From Paecilomyces variotii (taxonomy: Eukaryota), in the NCBI GenBank assembly GCA_004022145.1, contig RCNU01000002.1: a DNA stretch of 64,000 nucleotides; one strand, 5' to 3'. The notes beneath the pieces are model-generated. The model saw nothing but the letters and a program-made list of their open reading frames with translations. It did not search any database and had not been told where the DNA came from. Shown in pieces: positions 37,821 to 48,300 of the stretch. The position numbers and the translations under genes are program-made. Each line of letters opens with the position of its first letter. The stretch's first letter is position 1.

Positions 37821-39667
37821 CGCTGAGCGACGAAGTCACCGGTCGCGGGACTTCTGAGAGATCCAAGGGCGGTCGTGGAAGGGCGGAAGTGGAAGCTGGA
37901 GATGCGCGCTCGACGTGGAGGGCGACAGTAGGCCGCTTTTAGCGTCGGAGCGGGAGGCCAAGACGCAACAGGCGGGCGAGAGAGCCTGCGTCGTCTTTTA
38001 ATAATGTTGTCCAGGGCCGGCGAGGTGTGAAGCATCGATCGAGGGCAGTTGACCGCGTGCCCGTGAGGCGGAAGGCCCGTTCGACGCCTGGCAGAAGGGC
38101 TCTACAGTCAGCGTTGACAGATTATTATTGACGGGGCCGGGGGGAGGAGGCTGGCGATCAACAGCCAGCAGTAGGTGCAATGGCTGGTGAGGACGGGTGT
38201 GGAGGGGCTAAGGGGGCCAAGTAGGGGAAACGGCACCTTTTGTCGCCGGTCGCTGGGAGATCCACGCGCAAAAGACCAGAGTTTCGAGCCAGAGCAGCAG
38301 ATATAAAATCCAGGAGAGAGAAGACGACGACGACGAAGAAAAGGAAAGGAAAGGAAAGCAAAGCAAAGCAAAGGGTTCAGGGTCAAAGCCCGGGACAACG
38401 CATGGCGAGGAAGCAGAACGTCTTTTGCTCGCGATCGTTTCTCCTTCTGCGGCGAGTGAGAGATCGCGAGTCCCGGCGCTAGTCTACGTTGGGTAAGTCT
38501 CACGTGACACCGCCGGAGTATTTCTTCGCTTTTTTTCCCTCGTCTTTTTTTTTTTTTGTTTCACGAAGACAATTTTCTCTTGTTTCTTCTCAACTGGTAG
38601 TCTGCATCCTGCCATCCTTGATGTAAGATGTGCAGGAGGTTGGACTACTATCGTCACCAGTGAACAGGTTGATCTACAATGGCTTACTACTAACGATAAA
38701 CAATTCTCTCAGGCACTTCTTGCATGGTCAGTACTACTCTCTCCCTCTACCTCCCTCTTCCTCCCAGTTCCTACAAGATGACAAAACCTTTTTTACTTCT
38801 TTACTCTCTGAGTCGCCCTTGAAGAGATAATTCGGACCTTCCCTTCCCGGTTGGTCTGCTACTTGCCAGTACTTTTCGTCTGATTCAGGAACTTGTTTGC
38901 TTTCCACTATCACTCATGGTCTATCAGTATCGAACTTTTGAACTGACATCTCCCATGACTAGGCTCGCACCAATCTACATCCATATGATGCAGATCAGCA
39001 GGACTGCAAAGTCAAACGGACACCTTGCACGGTGGATCCGGAGAGGGAGTAGGGCTACTAGGTAGATCGACGCGGATCGATGGGTTTGCTATGGAAGCAT
39101 TGCCCGGGGGTGCTCTCTTTTTGGGTGGTTCATGCAGGCAGAGTCGACCTAGAGAGATCTGGGATAGGTTTTAGTCCGAGTAACGAGTGTTGTAGTTAGC
39201 TTGTTTAGTATTAATAATAAATCAAATTCAAGGAGTGTCTAGTCAATTGCAGTGTAGCTTGGTCCCATGGGAATTATCTGAATATCGATGAACAACAGCA
39301 CTGCAATACAGAGAGCACACTATTATTATTATCTACACCGTAAAGGAATAGAGTATCAACATTTCCAGGCTGATCGACAACAGCTACAGCCTGCAATGAA
39401 AAGTTGCGCAATTGGATCGTGCCGTCCACCGTATTAGCCACGTGGCTGTGCGCGCTCATGTTCGGTGCTCTCACGTGATATCAAATTCCACTCGGTCTGA
39501 CCCGAAAGGGAAAGCTGGCCAGCTTCACAACGAGAAAACGACCTGCAAACATCTGGCCGGACAATCTCCCGTGGCCGATGTGTACCTTCAATCTCTGCAG
39601 CAGAAGCAGCAGCAGACGCAGCTCGTGCCTTGCTTTCCGATCCGGCGGCTCCAATTACTAGCCCCGG

Positions 39668-42559
39668 ATGCATCCTTCAATGCACCCCAGGCTGCTCTCG
39701 CCACTTATCCGACCCTGTCGTTTCATTGCCCGTCGCCGTTATCCCGTCGTTGTCGTTCCGGCCGCTCGTCGGTTTCATATCTCGCGACGATGGCTGGCCA
39801 CGGCGCCTGCCGACCCCAATGGGCCCGCCGATCCAGCTGCCAGTGATGTCTCTGGCGAAGTACCACCTGCGGAAGCACAGGCAGTCAATGCGGAGGGAGG
39901 CGAGTCTACGACGCCCTCTTCACGGTCCCCCGCGCGAACATCGAACGGACCTTCGAGTCCATATGGCTCTGCGGTGCGCAGGGCTATGAGAAATCGGAAG
40001 CCCGCTCGTGAGTTCATGCGTCCCGCAGCCACGGTTCCCAGCTGGTTCTACGAGCGGAATACGGTTTCAAATAGCGGCGGTCAGTCGTCGGAGCGGCAGT
40101 CACCGCAGCAGGTTGGATTTGGTCAACCAGGTTCGGATGTGGGGGAGACTACTACGAATAACTTGGCTTCTGGTGGTAACGACGGCAATGATGGCGGAGC
40201 CAGTGAGCCTGCGGGTTCAGAGGAACGCTACATGCTCAGCCCGGCAGTGTGGGAGGAGCTTCTTGCCTCCGTTAAAGCTGGACTTAGACTGCCAGCTGCG
40301 AAGTACGTGAATGAACCGGCAGCTCTGAAGTCTCATCTCGTCCTCCAGTACCCTGGCAATGACGGGATCCTCTTTCTTGATGCGGTCGTCAAGCGACTGG
40401 GCCAGAGTCTTGGTGCGAACGTGGTGACGCTCAATGCTCAGGACATCGCGCAGCTGTGCTCTGAGCAGGACATTGCCGATACTGGCATGACCTCTGCCAT
40501 TAGGTCTTTGGGATACGATGTCTACCGGCCTATCAGCAATGTGTCATGGCAGGAGTCCGATGAAGCCAACGACGTTGAAGGAGATGATGCAGATATTGAC
40601 ATTGCTGCACGACCGTCAAGACAAGATCTTAGTGCCCCTAAGTTTATCCCCGTCGAGAACCCCCGCGACCTCGCCATTATTCCCATGCCCAATTGGCTGG
40701 GTCTGAAGGCCCTGGTGTCAACTCTTGGAGTGTCCGCTGGTGATTCCTCCGCTGATCGTGGCGGCGCAAAGGGGGCGGAGCATCGGTGGTCACAGCTCTT
40801 GAACGAGTTGATTGCTCCGGTGACGCCAAAGGATCGTCCAGTCTCTACGGAAACAGCACCTTCCACAACGGAAACAGATGTCCCTGAGTCACGACAAGCT
40901 ACGCAGCATCCGGATGTTATTATCCAGATACAGGACTACAGAGATATCCAAGCGACGCGTGAGGGCTCCAAGTTCATTACCTTGCTGCAGTCAGTAATTC
41001 GGGAGAAACGGAAAGAAGGGGCGCGTGTGTTGTTGGTGGGAACCGTTGCACGAGAAGTCTTCACTCCTGGCGGCAAGGATACATCGCGCTTCATCCAGAT
41101 GTCCCTGGATGATAATTTCTCCAAGACTCTTGTCGTCACACCGGCCATGGACCCTGACGCAGTGGAGAAGATCTTTACGGAGGACCGGAAGAGACGGACG
41201 ATGGAAATCAACATTCGACACCTACAGGAAATGCTCCGGATAAGAGTGGATGAACAATCCATTTCTGCCGACGATGACGTCCTAACCACCTGGACATGGC
41301 CGTTGGACGATGAGACGGTCAAGAAGTCTGGAATCAATGAGCGGTATTGGACATATAACCATGTCCACTGGGTGACTACTCTGGCGCTTGGCTGTGCTGA
41401 ACCCGAGGAGAAACTAGGCCTGCGACACATCCAAAGGGGAATAGAGCTCATGCAGCGGACAGACCGTATCAAGAATGACTGGCTGCAGCAGCGGTCCCCC
41501 AAGCCCAGTCAGGGTGAACCAGAGGCGGATCGGGAGCAGAGTCTGAAAGCCCTTCGAAAGACGTGCAATACCCATGAAAAGAAGCTTCTGAACGGCGTGG
41601 TGGACGCTAAGAGCATTCGCACAACCTTCGCCGATGTCCATGTTCCGCCAGAGACCATTGACGCATTGAAGACCCTCACATCACTATCATTAGTTCGACC
41701 TGAGGCCTTTACGTATGGTGTCCTTGCAACCGACAAGATCCCCGGTCTTCTACTTTATGGTCCACCTGGAACCGGTAAGACTCTACTCGCGAAGGCCGTT
41801 GCCCGCGAAAGCGGCGCGACTGTCCTAGAAGTCAGTGGATCTGAAGTATACGACATGTACGTGGGTGAGGGTGAAAAGAATGTCAAAGCCATCTTTACTC
41901 TGGCGAAGAAGCTCAGCCCCTGCGTCGTCTTCATCGACGAGGCAGATGCCATTTTCTGCTCTCGAACAGGAGCAAGTACCCGGACATCGCACCGCGAACT
42001 CATCAACCAGTTCCTGCGTGAGTGGGACGGCATGAATGATATGTCTGCTTTCATCATGGTTGCAACAAACCGACCATTTGACCTGGATGACGCCGTCCTC
42101 CGCCGTCTCCCTCGACGCTTGTTGGTCGACCTCCCCACGGAGAAGGACCGCGAAGCCATCCTTCGTATCCATCTCAAGGAAGAGGTGCTCGACCCGGCCG
42201 TGGACCTGGCGGAGCTGGCGCGCCGTACGCCCCTGTACTCCGGATCTGACTTGAAGAACCTCTGTGTAGCAGCCGCCCTCGCCTGTGTCCGTGAAGAGAA
42301 CGATCTGGCGGCGCAGCACCAAGGCCCGGAACCTTACCAGTATCCGGAACGGCGCGTCCTGCAGCTGAAGCACTTTGAGCGCGGTATGGAGGAGATCAGC
42401 GCCTCCGTCAATGAGGACATGTCCTCTCTGTCTGCGATCAGGAAGTTTGACGAAAAGTACGGGGACCGCAAGGGACGACGGAAGAAAGGACCTTCCTGGG
42501 GGTTCACACCCCCCGGTGAGGCCCAAACAAGCGCCGACACAGCTCGTGTGCGCACTTGA
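39668..42559 (+). CDS. Mitochondrial AAA+ ATPase, Msp1/ATAD1/spastin-like clade with long N-terminal region (963 aa)
   Basis: Walker A GPPGTGKT, Walker B VVFIDEAD, SRH ATNRPFDLDDAVLRRLPRR, pore loop MYVGEGEK, and an Arg-rich presequence-like N-terminus. Confidence 0.88.
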   Translation: MHPSMHPRLLSPLIRPCRFIARRRYPVVVVPAARRFHISRRWLATAPADPNGPADPAASDVSGEVPPAEAQAVNAEGGESTTPSSRSPARTSNGPSSPYGSAVRRAMRNRKPAREFMRPAATVPSWFYERNTVSNSGGQSSERQSPQQVGFGQPGSDVGETTTNNLASGGNDGNDGGASEPAGSEERYMLSPAVWEELLASVKAGLRLPAAKYVNEPAALKSHLVLQYPGNDGILFLDAVVKRLGQSLGANVVTLNAQDIAQLCSEQDIADTGMTSAIRSLGYDVYRPISNVSWQESDEANDVEGDDADIDIAARPSRQDLSAPKFIPVENPRDLAIIPMPNWLGLKALVSTLGVSAGDSSADRGGAKGAEHRWSQLLNELIAPVTPKDRPVSTETAPSTTETDVPESRQATQHPDVIIQIQDYRDIQATREGSKFITLLQSVIREKRKEGARVLLVGTVAREVFTPGGKDTSRFIQMSLDDNFSKTLVVTPAMDPDAVEKIFTEDRKRRTMEINIRHLQEMLRIRVDEQSISADDDVLTTWTWPLDDETVKKSGINERYWTYNHVHWVTTLALGCAEPEEKLGLRHIQRGIELMQRTDRIKNDWLQQRSPKPSQGEPEADREQSLKALRKTCNTHEKKLLNGVVDAKSIRTTFADVHVPPETIDALKTLTSLSLVRPEAFTYGVLATDKIPGLLLYGPPGTGKTLLAKAVARESGATVLEVSGSEVYDMYVGEGEKNVKAIFTLAKKLSPCVVFIDEADAIFCSRTGASTRTSHRELINQFLREWDGMNDMSAFIMVATNRPFDLDDAVLRRLPRRLLVDLPTEKDREAILRIHLKEEVLDPAVDLAELARRTPLYSGSDLKNLCVAAALACVREENDLAAQHQGPEPYQYPERRVLQLKHFERGMEEISASVNEDMSSLSAIRKFDEKYGDRKGRRKKGPSWGFTPPGEAQTSADTARVRT

Positions 42560-42843
42560 TGGGCGTTCTGTGTTGACTATTTACCGTTGGGGCGGTTGAT
42601 CATGGGAAATATCGAGTCACGACCTTGTTCTACTCTTCTGTTGCTATTCATTTTTTTTTTTGTAATACTAGACCCATGATAGACCTGTACCACTAGCCAC
42701 AAATCACATATAAGATGCTATTTTATTCTCTTTTAACTCCTCGTTCTGCTGCGCGGGCGTACGATCCGCGCATGGACGTCGTGTTGCCGCCATCACATCA
42801 TAACCTCCTAAGGCTTGCTTCCGCTCTCGTCGGGGATTTTCCA

Positions 42844-42860
42844 CCCCCCCCCCCCCCCCC
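42844..42860. repeat. Poly-C homopolymer (17 nt)
   Basis: Directly visible. Confidence 0.9.
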
Positions 42861-42984
42861 TCTCTCGCTATTATTCCCCTCTTAGCTGCGCCCTGGATCT
42901 TGTGCTGCAATTTCTCCTAACCAAAGAATAAAACCCCTCGTCGCATCATTGTCTCCGCCGTCGCGCGAAGATACAGTCGCAGCG

Positions 42985-44349
42985 ATGGACGGCAGCAAAC
43001 CAAGCTCTCCCACCTCCGTCTTCTCCTTCCATCGCAAACCCCGCTCGCCGGAAACGACAACGACGACAGCGACGGTGCCCACGCAACAAGAACGCGAAGC
43101 TATCATACTCGAAGCAAAGAGACATATCCGAGATGTCGTTCGGAATGATTGGGATTATGAAACGTCCTTGACGAATAGTCCGCCATCGGCTGGTTCTAAC
43201 GCCAGTTCTATGACTGCCACCACGCCGTCATCATCAGCTCCTACTACTACTAATAGTACTACTACCACCGCTACGGGTACCACGTCCAGCTCGACGGCAG
43301 GGACGGAATCCCTTTCTGATGTTGTGGGATGGCGACTACGCGAATATGATAGTTCAGGCTCGGAATTCGACCCGGAGCAGGCTGGTCCTGCTCAAGCTGG
43401 GAAGCAGCATCGCCGTCCCGAGCAGGGTAAAGATTCGGACGCAGCAGTCCGGGCTAATGTCGTCGAGCGCAGACGGAGACGAAGACGCCAGCTCGAGGAA
43501 GAGATGCGGTGGAATATCGGGCTGAGGATCTGGGTTGAGAGGAGAAATGCATGGTCCGGTGCTCGCACGAGAGCAGATGTCAAACGCACATCCGGGGCGC
43601 AGGCTGCTCCCTCAGCGGCGCAGGAGGTGGATCAGAAAATCGCGGAGAAGGCACCACTTGTGCGTCCTCTCAGCTCAGAGAGTGCGGGGAGTCGCAGCAC
43701 GGTGCCTGCGGAGGGAGAGGAGCGAGGCGATCAAGCGTCGCAGCCTTCGTCTGATGGTTCTTCCCTGGTACCGGAGACAGAGGCCCTGTCCGTGAGTGAG
43801 AACCATGATGCGGCATCTAAGGAAGGGGAGACGTCTGTTCCGGCAACAACGAAAGAAGAACGATCAACGGGAGAGGAGAAAGAAGACGACGAGGATCCTA
43901 ACGAGCCTCTCGTCCCTCTAGTACGCCCTCTTCTCCCCGAAAGCAATCCCATTCGCTCCTCTATCAAGCCCTCGCTATATCCGTCTATCTACAGCAAGAT
44001 CGTGGTACAAGGCCTGACGCCCACTGTGCCCATCAACCTGGCGGACGTAACGCGCGCCATGGTCGAGGGCTGGAAAGCAGATGGGCAATGGCCTCCAAAG
44101 CCAACCCCACAAGCACCAGGGGACAACATCGTCGCCCGCCGCAGAGTCAATGCCTCCAATCATACCAACCATAATCATGACGAGAAAAGGAAGAGCCATG
44201 GTGTCGCTGGCGCAATGAAGAAAGTCCTCGGCTTCTCAGGTATCCATCATTATCCTTTCCATCGACGAGGCTCCAGCCAAGGCACAGGCGGCGATGGCGC
44301 CAACGATGTTCCCCTTGTGGAAGAGAACCCTGAAACGCAAAAAACATAA
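42985..44349 (+). CDS. Gag1-like clamp (DUF4050) domain protein
   Basis: WNIGLRIWVERRNAW and IYSKIVVQGLTPTVPINLADVTRAMVEGWKADGQWP are the two conserved blocks of DUF4050. First ATG is at 42985 (the ORF track starts at a TTG). Confidence 0.8.
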   Translation: MDGSKPSSPTSVFSFHRKPRSPETTTTTATVPTQQEREAIILEAKRHIRDVVRNDWDYETSLTNSPPSAGSNASSMTATTPSSSAPTTTNSTTTTATGTTSSSTAGTESLSDVVGWRLREYDSSGSEFDPEQAGPAQAGKQHRRPEQGKDSDAAVRANVVERRRRRRRQLEEEMRWNIGLRIWVERRNAWSGARTRADVKRTSGAQAAPSAAQEVDQKIAEKAPLVRPLSSESAGSRSTVPAEGEERGDQASQPSSDGSSLVPETEALSVSENHDAASKEGETSVPATTKEERSTGEEKEDDEDPNEPLVPLVRPLLPESNPIRSSIKPSLYPSIYSKIVVQGLTPTVPINLADVTRAMVEGWKADGQWPPKPTPQAPGDNIVARRRVNASNHTNHNHDEKRKSHGVAGAMKKVLGFSGIHHYPFHRRGSSQGTGGDGANDVPLVEENPETQKT

Positions 44350-45339
44350 TCAGAAGGTCTCCGAGGGAAAAAAAAAATTCAAGATCAAGATGAAGATCAA
44401 GAAGACTGACTGATATTGTACTGTTTCTTTTTCTTTTATCCTGAGGGGCTGGAGTACGAGTAATGTCAAATTATTATTCATTATTATCTCATCACCGACA
44501 TGCGGTCTACTCATTAACTCAAGGCGTGCTTTATGAAACGACCGTGATCTGAATAATCAATATCAATGCTGTTATTGCAAACTTCCAACGGAAACTGGAC
44601 GTTGGAAATTGGAGAGCTTGGAGCAATATAACCATGGACTTGGGAAATTCTCGTTATGTCATCACTTAACTCTGATTTTGAGCTCTAGTTTTTCTTTTCT
44701 GGGATACGATAAATTCTTCTTCATCTTCACGCAAAGCGCCATGATACGCATCATATTGTACTGAGGAAACATGAGCATCAAATACGGATTCTTTTTTCGA
44801 ATCGATATTTAGTTTCATTTTTTCTGTCTCTATACGATAATATATACATAATGATCAGGTGATGGATATATTTGGTATTCTCTTCCGTGAGATTTTTGCC
44901 TCTTGTCATACTGGTATTCCGCGGTTGAAATGGATGTTATTATATTTGGTTTGCACACTCCTCACGCATTTTGCGGCAAGGGAGAGTATGATTGATATTC
45001 TACAATAGTTCGATGAGTACAAATGCAGTGCAACATGCATGGACAAACAAGATGGTATTGGATCGGATAGTATGAGATCGAAGAGCAGACATGGTATAAT
45101 CTATATAGGTATATTAACAGTGGCTAACACCATGCCGTACTGTAATCCTTCGACAGATGATTGGAATACAAACTTCCCCACTTCTGGTATGCCAAAACAA
45201 AGGGAAAGCAGATGAAAGAAGCTGATTCCAACTCCCAGAATGCATATGTGGCTATGGTTAAAACAAAATCGTTACATGACCGACAAAAGTCATGAAAATG
45301 AACAAGCCGAGACGAAATACCTAGATACTAGCTGTTCCC

Positions 45340-48300
45340 TCACTCTGGTCGGATTGACTCATCTTCATGGAGGAGGTGAAGATGCTGCATCGTGCCGAAG
45401 AGTACTTCGATAGAATCGATGAATTTTGCTTTAGCGATTTGGGCGGAGTCTGGTCTTTGTAATAAATCGATCTGGACTTCTTTGAGTTGCTGGCCTCGGC
45501 GAGTGAAGTATTTGCCCTTATGCCTTGACCAGTTGGTCCGAAGTGCCGTCTGCAGCTCTCGAGCAGCGAAGGCACGAGCTTCATGGAAGATACGGGGAGT
45601 AGCTGTTGACCGCGGATGTCTCCCGGAGAAAGCGTCGAAACGACCATCGAGAGAGTCGGGATCAACCGCCATACCCGGATCCAGCAAGGAAGTAGCTGCA
45701 AACAGCGCAATCTGTCTGAAAACTTGGAGCTGCCTCACGAGCAGTTCCCCAGACTCGGTGTTTCGATCGATATAATCAATCACCGGCAATGCGGCCGTGA
45801 TCATCTCAAAGAAGCAGGCTGTAGTGACCAAGACCGTAGGCTCTTCGATCATTCCGGCATGGTCGACAAGGAGGTGTAGAGCGCGATATGATGACTCGAA
45901 GATAGTGCAGAAGATCTCCGTCACCGAGGAGACGCAATCCGGGTCTGTTGTATCCACATACAGTAGCATGTCGGTAAAAGCACGGGCAACTGCCTGTAAG
46001 ATAGGACCAGCCAGAATCCAGCCACAAAGATCGCTGAAGGCACTTTCGATGTAAGCAGGGAATACACTCCGGAACAGAAACGCACGCAAAGTAGGTCGAC
46101 CGGTATTTCCACTTTCATAGACGTCGCCCATCGATGCGTACAATTGGTCCACTAAGTACTCTTGTTGGCCGTCCAAGACCGCCCGTTCAGAGACGCTTTG
46201 AATAAACACAACAAGAGGCTTGGCTGCCTTCCCTGTAGAGAGTCTCAGACCGTAACTCTTGAGTCTCGCCACAATGTATGTCGGGTCCGTTGCAGGCAGA
46301 GGGAATGACGTGGGCTCAGTGAAGAACTTGTCTACCGCACAGATACCTGGAGCATGTTGCTGCAAGAAGCCCACGACGCTGTGAACAAAAGTCACATAAG
46401 CGCCTTGGGCTGCCTCTGCATTGTTCCCAAGCTCTAGATAGTTGGCTTTCATTGATGCCATGAGGTTTTCGATGAGATCGCGGTAGTGGTCACGCGTACT
46501 GCTTAATTCCCGATCTCCAACATCCTCAAGGAGTTGTAAGTGCTCTCGCATGTTCGACAATAAGCTTGAAATCAGCGATAGCCTCCGCTCCCCAAATTCC
46601 TCCAGTGTGATACGGTATCGATCACTGCTGAGGCCTCTAGAGAATGGTAGGTTGCCGAGTAAAGGGGTATCAGGAGCTTGATTTAGCAATACTTCGGTCA
46701 GATAATGTTGAAACTTCAACATGGAGGATCGTTCCACCAGGGACGAAATCCACATGCCGAGAATCTGATGCTTGCACTCAGTATAGAATTCCGAGTCTCT
46801 CTCGATGCACTTCGCCAAGAAGTATGGAGTGAACTTCCGTGTCTGTACAGTACTACGGAGTGCCGTCCAGGAGTCTGCACCATATGGGCTCATGCAGGAA
46901 TCCCAATAGCGAAGACGATGCTTGACAAGCATATGCAAAATACCAGTCCAGCAGTCCACAACCTTTAGCAGAATTGCATCCTCCGGGCAGTAATCCTCAC
47001 CAAAGCAATTGGAAACAAGACGAGATACAGCTGGGTGGAAAACAGCGTCGACATGTTCAACGGCAGAATCCGGTTGATCTGAGCCGTCCACGCACATCTC
47101 TTCAATTCCCGTCCAATCGCCGTATTCCTGGCTATCCTCATTGGCGCTGACTGTGGCAGGTCGTGAGGCGAGGGATTCGTCTTTCCAGGTGTAACTGATT
47201 AAGATCTCAAGTGTTTCCGATACAGTCTTGTTAACGCGCGATTGCTTCGGGTTGAATAGACCGAATAATTTCTGAAGGGGTAATTTTGAAATAAGCATCC
47301 GGGCATGTTCCAACGATGGCGCGATACCGAGCGCATTATTCATGCCACTGAGGGCAGTGCTGAGAAGCGATTCAATCTGTTTCTGATTCTGAGATATCGT
47401 GGATTCGACTATTTGCTTAGAGAATCGCATGTCTGCAGTCTCACTCTGAGCTTCCACTTCAGACCTAGCAAGCGCATGTTGCTTCACCAATTCCGTCACG
47501 AAATATCCGTGCCATTCAGCAAATTGGTCTAGCGCGGTCAAGTCCTCGTCAGTCGACAGCTTGAACCGGACGAGCCTGGCCCATGAGCGGAGACTCATGC
47601 TACACGTCTCCCGGTGGGAGTTGGCCGGATCGACCAGGTTACGTATTGTTTCAAGTCGAGGTCGACATCCGTCTGGAACAGCGAAGAAGAGTGTGCAGAG
47701 TAGGTCGTGGTGGTTCCTCAATGCATCTAGATCCTCATGATGTAGCGGCTTATCTTTCGGATAAACGCGACCGTGATTTGGTAGCAGACGCCAGGCGAAA
47801 TTTCTGATCCTTTTCTTCTCATGTATCTGCGACATGAAACGTAGCCCACTGCCAACGATCTTCAAGAAGATATGGAAGCAGGGATCACCCGGGAGGACTT
47901 CCAAAGACGGGTCAGTCTCAAGTTCGTCAAGAAAGGATGGTGATCCAAAGCTTTCTTCATTCTTCAAGTTATGAAGTGTATTTTTGGCGAAGAAATCGAA
48001 CAAGGCATCTAAGATTAGTTTGCAATCCCGCCAGCCCCAACTGTTGATCAGGTGGAAACATCGATGAAAGAGCACCCGACAGTAGTTATTTAGAGAAACA
48101 GGCTGCTTTTCAGATTCAACGTCATATTTATCCAGTACCTCCAGCATAAGAGATTTAATCAGGGACCAATTAGCTTTCGGTCGTCTAAACCGTGAGCCGA
48201 CCTGGGAGATCCCAATTTGATCGATTTCGTCGAGGGGAAGAGTTGTAAACAGCGAACGCCAGACCCACTCGAGTGAATTGACGTCTTTTGTCCTTTCGTT

